Source of the DNA: an uncultured Thermoplasmata archaeon
Lineage (GTDB): Archaea > Thermoplasmatota > Thermoplasmata > Lutacidiplasmatales > UBA184
DNA length: 64,000 nt
Direction: 5' to 3'
Assembly: GCA_963773945.1 (NCBI GenBank)
Contig: CAVZDD010000004.1
Location: 40,795 to 104,794, forward strand
Each line of letters begins with the position of its first letter. Position 1 is the first letter of the stretch. The position numbers and the translations under genes were made by a program. Below the pieces are notes generated by a model, which was not told where the DNA came from, searched no databases, and saw only the letters and a program-made list of their open reading frames with translations. Shown here in pieces: positions 55,765-64,000 of the stretch.

Positions 55765-56286
55765 ATGCCTCGAATATCCACTCCATCCCCCCCTTCCTCC
55801 CCTTCCTCTACTCCCTCCCCTCCTCCTCTCTCCCATCCCTCTCCTTCCCCTCCCGCCTCACCCTGGCCTCACTCCCGCCGCTTCAAGATCCAATACGGAG
55901 AACTCGACCTGCTCAACCATCTCAATCATGCCGTTTACTTCCGGTTCATGGAAACCCTCCGATCCGAGTACTACCTAGGTCTCCGCCAGACCACCGACCC
56001 CCACCAACTCGACATCATCATCGCCGAAGCCCGCTGCCGCTACCTCGTCCCGGTGCTCTACGCCACCGAACTCGTGGGCGAGGTCGCCCCGGCCCGACCC
56101 CTCGGGCGCACCAGCTTCGCCCTCCTGTACCGGTTCACGGACGAACCCCAACGGGTTGTGACCGCGCGTGGACACACCGTGATCGTCTCGTACAACTACG
56201 CAACGGGAATGAAGAAACCGATTCCGAACGATGTGCGGTCCGCCCTGGAACTCGACGCGGTGGACCCGAAGGCCGAAGGCTGGTAG
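55765..56286 (+). CDS. acyl-CoA thioesterase (hot-dog fold, 4HBT/YbgC-like) with Pro/Ser-rich N-terminal extension
   Basis: 'ELDLLNHLNHAVYFRFMETLRSEY' matches the D..GHV.N..Y..Y.E.AR signature. ATG 55765 is the only in-frame ATG/GTG/TTG between the TATA box and the domain. Confidence 0.7.
   Translation: MPRISTPSPPSSPSSTPSPPPLSHPSPSPPASPWPHSRRFKIQYGELDLLNHLNHAVYFRFMETLRSEYYLGLRQTTDPHQLDIIIAEARCRYLVPVLYATELVGEVAPARPLGRTSFALLYRFTDEPQRVVTARGHTVIVSYNYATGMKKPIPNDVRSALELDAVDPKAEGW
55777..55880 (+). repeat. roughly 100-nt polypyrimidine (C/T) tract
   Basis: The + strand is almost exclusively C and T from 55777 to about 55880, with only isolated A/G. In frame it encodes the Pro/Ser-rich N-terminus of the thioesterase ORF. 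Confidence 0.8.
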
Positions 56287-56352
56287 GAAAACTCCACTCG
56301 CAGCAAGGGGGTGGGGGGGTCCTCTCGGACTCCGTCGCGCCGGATTTCGGCG

Positions 56353-56658
56353 CTACGTTTCGGGTGTGTAGCCCGGGTTCTCTCGGGCCACGCCCGGCAG
56401 AGGGGGCGGCCAGGGGGTGGGTTCGATGAACGTCGGGTCGTCGACCACCGACTCCAGGTGGTAGGTCACGCCCGTGCCTTGGAGGGCATTGTGGAGCTTT
56501 TGGAGGCGCTCGCGGAACTGCTTCACGCTGTCCCACTCGAAGACGAGGTCGTGCGTGCCGACGATGAACGAGAGGCCGGCGTGTTCCCGAAGTCGCTCCG
56601 CGACCGAGAGCGGCGAGATGCCGTCCGGTGAAAAGTAGAGGTCGACGTACGTATGCAT
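56353..56658 (-). CDS. hypothetical small protein
   Basis: 101-aa reading from ATG 56658 (MHTYVDLYFSPDGISPL...). The longer ORF to 57024 lies opposite the Kelch-PKD gene start, and its N-terminal part looks non-coding. Confidence 0.45.
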   Translation of the reverse strand: MHTYVDLYFSPDGISPLSVAERLREHAGLSFIVGTHDLVFEWDSVKQFRERLQKLHNALQGTGVTYHLESVVDDPTFIEPTPWPPPLPGVARENPGYTPET

Positions 56659-56747
56659 GCTCGTTCCTCCGCGAGATTGCGTGGATTCCCTATTTAAGCC
56701 GGTCGCGGGACCGGAGCAGGGCCGGCGGTCCCACTCCGGGGAATAGA

Positions 56748-56761
56748 GAGTTTGAAATACC
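56748..56761 (+). promoter_or_regulatory. conserved promoter 14-mer GAGTTTGAAATACC (TATA-like)
   Basis: It is identical to 59131-59144. The TTTGAAATA box begins 32 nt before GTG 56783. Confidence 0.55.
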
Positions 56762-56782
56762 GAAACCGTCCCCATTTCTCCC

Positions 56783-58968
56783 GTGTCGCGCCCGTGGGTC
56801 CTCATCGCCGCCTTTGCCGCTGTGACTGTGATGCTTCTCGCGGGGTTCGCCATGATCCCGGCGGGGACGGCGGCGGCGGGCGCCGCGAAGCTCCCCGCGC
56901 TGACGCTCGCCGGGGCAGTCTCCGCGGCCCAACCGGTCGCCACGACGGTCGCGGCCGCGGGCTCTCCGCTCCTTAACGCGGCGGTCTCCTCACTAGACCG
57001 TGGCGCGGGTCCGGCCTTCGGCATTCCGGCGCAGTGCGCGGTTTCTGCGGCGGGCCAAGCCGCTTGCGGCGCGCCGCCGATCCGCTCTCCCGGAACACAC
57101 GCCCCGGTAAGCCACTCTTCGGCGGCTCATTCCGCTGCACCGGGGGGCACTCCTCAGTTCTACAACGTTACCCCGGCAATCTCTACGGCCTCATTGGGCG
57201 CGATTCCGACGGTCGAATTCAGCGGGCGCATGGCGTACGACCCGCTCCTCAACGAAGTCGTCCTGTTCAATGGCTGCTCTACGAGCCTGTGCAATAGCAA
57301 CTCGACCTGGACCTACAACGGGTTCGCCTGGGACAACATCACCGCTTCCCTCGCGCTCTCGCCGTCGGCTCGGCAAGGCGCGGGGATGGACTATGACCCC
57401 GGCTTCGACGGCGTCATTCTCTACGCCGGCACGAACACCCTGGGCTTCAACATGGACGACACTTGGCTGTTCAACGCGACCGGATGGTACAACATCACCG
57501 CGACCGTCGGCGCTCCTCTCGCGGGCGGCACAGAGGCCGTGACCTGGGCCTATGGCGCGATGACCTACGACCCCGCGATCGGTTCGATGATCGTCGTGGA
57601 CGGTTGCGTCGACGCCGCTTGTGACGACGTCTGGGGCCAGACGTTTTACCTGAATGCTACCGGATGGGGCTGGTCGTGGGGCCCGGGCACACTGGACAAC
57701 CGCACCTACCTCGCCTACAACTCCCTCGCGTACGACGCGGCGGACGGTTACCTGGTCGAGTTCGGCGGTTACGATTACTTCTCGGCGATGGTCCAGAACT
57801 ACACCTACTGGCTCAACTCCACGTCCGGGAACTGGATGAATATCACCAACATGGACGCCGGCTGCGTCGCCGGGACCTGCTACACTCCGCCGGCCCGTGA
57901 CTCGGCCGCGATGACCTGGGACAGCCAGCTCAACGCAGTCCTCCTCATGGACGGGTTCAACTACACGACGGGCACGTGGTACAACGACTCCTGGCTCTTC
58001 TCGGGCGGGGTCTGGCTCCCGGCCAACCTCACGGGGACGAACGCGCCGAGCAACTACTGCGGGGCCGCTCAGCCGGCCCTGGCGGAAGTAAGTGACAACG
58101 TAGCGCCGTTCATCATCGGAGGCGCCGGACCGTGCGGTTCCGCGGGCGAAACGAACGAGTTCGTCTACGAAGTCGCTCCGTTGCCCACGCTGGCCGCCAC
58201 TCCCAACCCCCTCGACCTCGGCATGACTACGACCGCCGCCGCGGGATGGGCCGTCGGCACCGGCAGTGGGATCGTGGCTGCGTGGAACGTCTCGTACGGC
58301 GACGGCCACTTCGTCTCGGCGGCCCGAGGGGCGACTACGAACACCTCCCAAGCGTTCTCGCACGCGTTCCCGGCGCACACCTACGGCTCGGCGGCGGTGT
58401 TCGTGGCGAATGTGACCTGGACCGACTTCTTCTACATCACCGGCACGGCGTCGGTGACCGTCACGGTCCACCCGGCCGTGGCCGCGACCATCACCGCCTC
58501 CGCCCTGACGATCACGGCCGGTAACGCCGTGACCTTCACGACGAGCCCGACCGGCGGCAGTGGGACGTACACCTACGCGTGGAGCTTCGGGGACGCGACC
58601 ACGAGCACGGTCCAGGACCCGGCCGCCCACACATTCGCGAAGGCCGGTACCTACGTCGTGAACCTCACGGTGACCGACAGCATCGGTCAGGCGGTCCATG
58701 CGACGTCGGTGACGATCACGGTCAACGCGGCGCCCTCGTCGTTCAGTCTCGGCAGCACGGGCACCTACCTTGTGATTGGCCTTGTGTTGCTCGTCGTCGT
58801 GGTCCTCGCGGTCGTGCTGCTGATGCGGCGCCGGAAGAAGCCGGCCCCCTCGGCCCAGCCGTGGCAATCAGGCACTCCGCCGGCGGAGCCGGCGCGCCGC
58901 CTCCCGGCGCCAGTGGGGTTCCGCCTGGAGCCGCAGAGTCCCCGCCACCTCCGCCGCCCGCTCCGTAG
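56783..58968 (+). CDS. Kelch-repeat beta-propeller plus PKD domain surface protein with TM anchor, apparent frameshift in tail
   Basis: The signal peptide is 'MSRPWVLIAAFAAVTVMLLAGFAMIPAG'. The Kelch-like blades are 'NSTWTYNGFAWDNIT', 'DDTWLFNATGWYNIT' and 'NDSWLFSGGVWLP'. The PKD motif is 'GGSGTYTYAWSFGDATTS' and the TM is 'YLVIGLVLLVVVVLAVVLL'. The tail matches its paralog only after a frame change near 58885, giving a stop at TAG 58966-58968. Confidence 0.75.
58541..58850 (+). repeat. PKD-TM module, nucleotide-level repeat copy 1
   Basis: It aligns with 61021-61335. Long identical runs include GCGTGGAGCTTCGGGGACGCGACCACGAGCAC (32 nt). Confidence 0.75.
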
Positions 58969-59130
58969 ACGCACGCGTCGGAAACTGCGCGAACCCTTTC
59001 CCCTCCCGCTTTTCCTAGAGGTCGCCGGCGCCTGACATCCACTCGAGCCGGCGCGACGACGCGGTTCTCCACCTCAATCCGGTCCCGGGAGCGGAGCCGC
59101 CCGCGGGCTTCCCCGCGGCGCGAGCATAGC

Positions 59131-59144
59131 GAGTTTGAAATACC
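59131..59144 (+). promoter_or_regulatory. conserved promoter 14-mer GAGTTTGAAATACC (TATA-like)
   Basis: It is identical to 56748-56761. The box begins 31 nt before ATG 59165, which argues that 59165 (MPRALLL...) is the real start rather than TTG 59135. Confidence 0.55.
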
Positions 59145-59164
59145 CAGCCATCCACGGCTCGCCA

Positions 59165-61425
59165 ATGCCGCGAGCCCTGCTCCTGACGGCCGTAGTCGCC
59201 CTTGCGATCGTAGCTGTTCTGGGAGGCGGGTTCGTCTCCGCCGCCTCGGGTGTGGGGGCTCCGCTCTCCGGGGCCGGGACGCATTCCACGCATCCGACCT
59301 CAGATGCCACGGCGGCCGGGACCGCCTTGCTGAAGGCGGCAGTGGCCAGCGTCAACGCGGCGTCGGCCCGGCTGGGATCCGCTTCGACGTGCGCGGTCAT
59401 CTCCGGAACGGCCGCCGCCTGCGGTGGATCAACTCCCCGCCCCCTCTCCAAGCTCGACGCCGGCCCCCGCGCGAACTTCGCCGGGGCCCCCGATTCCTTC
59501 GTGCGACCGGCCCCGACTTCTCCGCCCGCGCCTGCCGCTCCCTCTCCTTCCCCCACGCCAGCGCCCATCGACCCGACTTGGTACAACGTGACGACCCAAC
59601 TGACCACGGCGTCCGGCGGCGTGATTCCCGCGGTCGGACCGGGGAGCGGAATGGCGTTCGACCCCCTGCTCGGCGAGGTCGTGCTGTTCGCCGGAACTAC
59701 CGTCACCGCCGACGGCCCCTTCGTGAACGAAACTTGGACCTACAACGGGATCACCTGGACCGACCTGACGGGCACCCTCCCCTTGGCGCCCTCCGTACGG
59801 TGGTATCCCGGATTCGATTACGACCCCGCGATGGGCGGGGTCATCCTCGTCGGCGGATTCAGCGCCGCCAACTTGGGCCTCAACGACACCTGGCTGTTCA
59901 CCGGTACCTGGAAGAACATTTCCGCGACCACCGGAATGCTGCTGGACGCCTCGAACGGGGGCGGCCAGAACGGTGCTCCCCTCTATGAAGGAGGCATCGG
60001 CGGGTCCGGAGCGGCGTGGGACCCGCTCCTCGGGGGCTTCCTACTAACGGACGGCTGTACGGACCCGTACTGCGACAGTGCCTATGCGCTGAGCTGGCTC
60101 CTCAACTCGACCGGCTGGTGGACGATTAGCTTCGGTCCGGGCTGGGGATTGGCCAATCCGGTACCCGATTACAACGCGACCTGGCTCGGCTACACCGTCA
60201 TGGCGTGGGATCCGACGGACCAGTACATGGTCCTCTTCGGCGGGCTCGACTACTATGCGGGCCTGCCGGAGAATTACACCTACACCTATTCCACAGGAGT
60301 GTACACCGGAAGCGCGGCGTTGAACGCGAACTGGGACAACTTGACCGGAATGGACATGGGACCCGACGGCGCCCCGGCGGGCCGCGATGCCGCCTCAATG
60401 ACATGGGACGCCCAGCTCGGTGGGATCTTCATGACCGGCGGGTACAACTACACGGTGGACTACGGGTACAACGACACCTGGGAGTTCGTCGGCGGGCTCT
60501 GGTACACGCTCGCCCCCGCGCCGGCCGCCTTCTCCCCCGGATATGGATACACCCTCGCCGTGAATTCCACCCACATCGGCGTGTTCGTGGTCGGAGGCTT
60601 CCGGTACGGGGCTCCAGCCCCCGATTACGGTTCGCAGGACGAGTGGGTGTTCGAGACGCCCCCGCAAGCGACGCTCACCGAGACACCGACCCCGGTCGAC
60701 CTGGGAACCGAGGTCAACTTCACGGCCGGCTGGACCCTCAACACCGGCACTGGCTACGCCGCGGGTTGGAATGTCTCCTATGGCAATGGGCACTACGGTA
60801 CCTCGCGCGCCGCGACCGGCGTCAGCTCGGCGACGGCATACACGAAGGTCTTTCCGTACACCTACCCGGCGGCCGGTATGTTCACGGCCACCGTCACCTG
60901 GTCGGACTTCTTCTACATCGATGCGACCAGCGCGTCGGTCAGCCCGACCGTTAACCCGGCGCTCGGGCGACGATCACCGCCTCCGCGATGACGATCACCG
61001 CGGGGGGAACGGTCACGTTCACCACCAGCCCCACCGGCGGCAGTGGGACGTACACCTATGCGTGGAGCTTCGGGGACGCGACCACGAGCACCGTGCAGGA
61101 CCCGGCGGCGCACACCTTCACGAAGGCCGGCACCTATGTGGTCAACCTGACGGTGATGGACAGCCTGGACCATTCCGTCAAGGCGGCCTCGGTGACGATC
61201 ACGGTGAACGCGGCGCCCTCTCCCTCGTCGTTCAGCCTCGGGAGCACGGGCACCTACCTCGTGATCGGCCTCGTGCTGCTGGTCGTTGTGGTCGTCGCGA
61301 TCGTGTTGCTCATGCGCCGGAAGAAGCCCGCGCCGGCGGCCCAAGCATGGCAATCGGCGCCTCCGGCCACCGGCGGGGCCCCCCCGCCAGGAGCTGGAGG
61401 CTCGCCACCTCCTCCGCCGTCGTAG
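59165..61425 (+). CDS. Kelch-repeat plus PKD domain surface protein paralog with TM anchor, apparent frameshift
   Basis: It has the same architecture as 56783..58968. ORF 59135..60991 ends '...SVSPTVNPALGRRSPPPR*'. The paralog-like continuation 'ATITASAMTITAGGTVTFTTSPTGGSGTYTYAWSFGD' is in the frame of ORF 60988..61425. The junction is at GGG 60965-60967. Confidence 0.75.
61021..61335 (+). repeat. PKD-TM module, nucleotide-level repeat copy 2
   Basis: It aligns with 58541-58850. See copy 1. Confidence 0.75.
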
Positions 61426-61860
61426 ATGAGTGCGCCGGGACCGGCGCGAACCCTTTCCCGCCTCTCTTTTTCTAAAACGTGGAACGTCGGCGGAGTGCTA
61501 GGCCAGCAGGGTGGCCACGCATCGAGAGAATCCGGAGACCCCGTTCGCTCCTCAGCCCCGTCGCCCCACCAGCGTCGTCGGGTCACGGTAAGGCTGCTCC
61601 CGTCAGGACCTGACCCGGTTCCCGTGATGGGTAACCGCTAGGGCGCTCCTCCGAGCGCTCGTCGCGGTGCCCGCGGCCCAGTGGAACAGAGCGTCGACGA
61701 AGACAAACGAGACGGATTCCCTCGGTGCGCGTCGCTCCTGCCTGTCACCCCCGCTAAGGACGGTTTCGGTGTAAAAGGGGACGCCCAACCCCCCGGTCTA
61801 GCCTAGCGTTCAATTCCACGGACTGTCGGGATATATAGTTGTCACCGAGATGACCGGTCC

Positions 61861-63060
61861 ATGACGGGCGCCGGTTCGCCTCCGGCGGCCGTGTTGAGTG
61901 CCGGATCCGGCGGGGCCCCTGCGACGGAACTGCGCGAGGACCCCTCCGCCTCTCCGAGACCGCCCCAGGGTGGACGCCTCCGCAGCCCGCTCGTCCGATT
62001 CCTGGCGCAGCGCCTCGCGCTCCTCCCGGCGCAGCTTGTCTTCGTCCTCGTGATCCTTTTCGTCTTTGGCACGGTCCTGCCGGCCGTCTGGGCGCACCAA
62101 TCGGTCTGCACCCTGGCCGGCGAGTCCTGCACCTGCCCCTGGTCGAACGTGGGATGCTCGGTCGCGCCGTTCTTCACGGCGCTCGCCACGTTTGTCGATC
62201 ACATCGTGACCGGAAAGTGGGGCGAGACGAACTACTTCGGGATCGTCGCGCCCACGGTCCAATATTTCCGGTGGTGGCTCCCGAACTCCATCGAACTCGC
62301 CGTGACTTCCCTCGGCATCGCCGGCGTGGCCGCCTATTTCATCGGAATTCGGGCCGGATGGCGTCCCGGCGGAGGCTTCGACGTCGGTGCCCGGTTCTTG
62401 GCCGGCGTCGGCCTGCTGCTGCCCGCGTTCTTCCTGATCTTCTTCCTGCTCATTGCGAGCTGGACCCCCTACCTGCAATACTTCGGGGACACGCCGTACG
62501 GCACGTTGCCCGGAGCGCTCTGGCTCGATTTCCACGGGGGCCGACCGACCTGGATTGGAATCGCAGGCACCTCCTCGCCCACCGGCTTCCCGATCATCGA
62601 TGCCCTCTGGCACGGGAACATTCCGTATGCGATGAACGTGCTCGCGCGAACGCTCCTCCAAGGAGCCATCATCGCGATCGCGTACCTCGCGATATTCTTC
62701 CGGTACGCCCGGCACACGGTGGTTGAGGCGCTGCGCGAGCCCTACATTCTCGCCGCACGGGCCCGGGGCGTCCCTGATCGGACCCTGCTGTGGCACCATG
62801 CCAGTCGGCGGATCATCCCAATCTACGCCCTCGTCTTCGCCGCGACGCTGCCGGCGTACATCGTCACGCAGGCGATCGCCGAGGCGGTCTACAACTACAA
62901 CGGCATCGGCACGCTCGTCATGTACAATTTCTCGGTCGGCGGGGCGAACGTCGCCGGCTTCGACCAGGTGGCGATCTTCCTCCTCGCGGCCGTCGTGCTC
63001 GCGAGCACGCTCACGGCGGACCTGATCTCCCGCGCGCTCGACCCACGGTTCCGGCGATGA
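61861..63060 (+). CDS. ABC transporter permease (peptide/nickel Dpp/Opp B-type)
   Basis: 399-aa ORF with multiple TM helices. 'ILAARARGVPDRTLLWHHASRRIIPI' fits the EAA-loop region of DppB/OppB-type permeases. Its stop overlaps the next ATG (ATGA). Confidence 0.8.
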   Translation: MTGAGSPPAAVLSAGSGGAPATELREDPSASPRPPQGGRLRSPLVRFLAQRLALLPAQLVFVLVILFVFGTVLPAVWAHQSVCTLAGESCTCPWSNVGCSVAPFFTALATFVDHIVTGKWGETNYFGIVAPTVQYFRWWLPNSIELAVTSLGIAGVAAYFIGIRAGWRPGGGFDVGARFLAGVGLLLPAFFLIFFLLIASWTPYLQYFGDTPYGTLPGALWLDFHGGRPTWIGIAGTSSPTGFPIIDALWHGNIPYAMNVLARTLLQGAIIAIAYLAIFFRYARHTVVEALREPYILAARARGVPDRTLLWHHASRRIIPIYALVFAATLPAYIVTQAIAEAVYNYNGIGTLVMYNFSVGGANVAGFDQVAIFLLAAVVLASTLTADLISRALDPRFRR

Positions 63061-64000
63061 GTCCGATGGTGAACTTCAACGTCGGCGAGGAACCGGTCGG
63101 CCCGCCCACCGCTTGGGTCCGGGTCGTGCGCACCGGCCTCCAGTTGCTCGACACGCCCACGCTCCTGCTCGGACTGACGCTCGTCGTCTTTTTCGTGGGG
63201 GTCTCGGTCGACGCCGTGACGACCTTCGGACCCCACCTCGACACGATGTACACGCGCCTGAGCTGGGCCACCGGGGCCTATCCGCCCGGCCCGTCGGCCA
63301 CCCATCCGTTCGGGGTCATGGACACCCTGGGCGTGGACGAAGCGACAGCGCTCTTCCAGGCGACGCCCTTCGACGTGGCCCTCGTCACGGGCATTACCCT
63401 CCCGGCCGCCCTCATCGGGCTCGTCCTGGGGTCGGCGGCCGGCGCCGGGAACCGGCTCGCCGCGGGCCTCGTCATCACCGGCGGGGACCTCCTGCTCAGC
63501 ATCCCGGCGCCATTCCTCGTGATCCTGATCTTCCTCAGCCTTTCCCGGTTCCTCTACCCGTCCGAGTACCTCTGGGTTTTCGGCGTCGCCTTCGTGGCGA
63601 TCCTCTGGCCGTACCACGCCCGCGTCGTGCGGCAGCGGGCCGTGATCGTGAGCCAGGAGAACTACGTCGAGGCGGCCCGGGCCGCCGGCGCCTCCCGGGC
63701 GTGGGTCGTGCGCCGGCACATCCTGCCTAACAGCTTTACCCCGATCCTGGCCCAGATCCCAGTCGACGTGGCGAGCGTCTTCTTCGTCCTGACGGCGTTC
63801 CCGTACGCCGCCTGCCTCGGCGGCGGGGGCGTGGGCAGCGCCTTCTCGATCGCCTCCCCGCTCCCCTCCCGGAACTTCCCCGAGTGGGGCTGGCTCGCCG
63901 CGAACGGGGCCTGCTACGGCTACAGCCCGGTCTTCGCCGCCGACTTCTGGTGGATGTTCCTGTTCCCGATCATGATGATCGCATTGTTCAGCGGCACGGT
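63057..64000 (+). CDS. ABC transporter permease (Dpp/Opp C-type), 3' partial at the window end
   Basis: I translated it by hand from ATG 63057: 'MSPMVNFNVGEEP...'. It contains 'YVEAARAAGASRAWVVRRHILPNSFTPILAQ', an EAA-loop region. It is open to the window end, so it is absent from the ORF track. Confidence 0.75.
   Translation, partial: MSPMVNFNVGEEPVGPPTAWVRVVRTGLQLLDTPTLLLGLTLVVFFVGVSVDAVTTFGPHLDTMYTRLSWATGAYPPGPSATHPFGVMDTLGVDEATALFQATPFDVALVTGITLPAALIGLVLGSAAGAGNRLAAGLVITGGDLLLSIPAPFLVILIFLSLSRFLYPSEYLWVFGVAFVAILWPYHARVVRQRAVIVSQENYVEAARAAGASRAWVVRRHILPNSFTPILAQIPVDVASVFFVLTAFPYAACLGGGGVGSAFSIASPLPSRNFPEWGWLAANGACYGYSPVFAADFWWMFLFPIMMIALFSGT

Noticed and set aside
8296-61425. Programmed ribosomal frameshifting at the recurring CTGGGGGAGAC and CCGGGTACTG contexts.
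   Set aside because: Both +1 and -1 corrections are needed. The sites are in unrelated housekeeping genes that are unshifted in other organisms, and most sit in homopolymers. Sequencing or consensus error is more parsimonious.

Overview
High-GC archaeal chromosomal fragment. By eye most 60-nt lines are low-to-upper 60s % G+C. Archaeal hallmarks are a fibrillarin gene, a RIO kinase, an AbrB-PhoU regulator, a tRNA-Glu with a canonical bulge-helix-bulge intron, and TATA-like boxes about 25-32 nt upstream of several start codons (leaderless-type). The lineage cannot be fixed from this window. Most genes are housekeeping or metabolic: glnA with a divergent Lrp/AsnC regulator, glyA, truA, RidA plus fibrillarin, an HPS-RraA fusion, class I aldolase, three alcohol dehydrogenases, a two-subunit molybdo-oxidoreductase, HcnAB/HcnC-like flavoenzymes, glycerate kinase, M29 aminopeptidase, proline iminopeptidase, MFS and ABC permeases. 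The accessory content has four parts. (1) At 11.6-18.2 kb there is a tightly packed operon. It encodes a PKD-repeat surface protein, a VirB2-like pilin candidate, a VirB6-like polytopic membrane protein, a VirB3/PrgI-like protein, a small 4-TM protein, a VirB4/TrbE-type ATPase and an unknown protein. No relaxase, coupling protein or integrase is nearby. This is the best candidate for a novel Ced/Ted-like archaeal DNA-transfer pilus system. (2) At 48.4-51.4 kb a small protein is start/stop-coupled to an 888-aa HerA/FtsK-type ATPase with a C-terminal wHTH and a nuclease-like domain. (3) Three further Ig/PKD/Kelch surface glycoprotein genes are present, two of them tandem paralogs sharing a promoter motif. 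(4) A short AT-richer degenerate island lies at tRNA-Leu. It carries three direct copies of the tRNA 3' end, a RelE/ParE toxin-antitoxin pair and a nonsense-interrupted hydrolase. Quality caveat: at least nine conserved genes are broken by single-nucleotide frameshifts, mostly in G/C runs, so consensus indel errors are the most likely cause. No rRNA, CRISPR array, integrase or intact transposase was seen.
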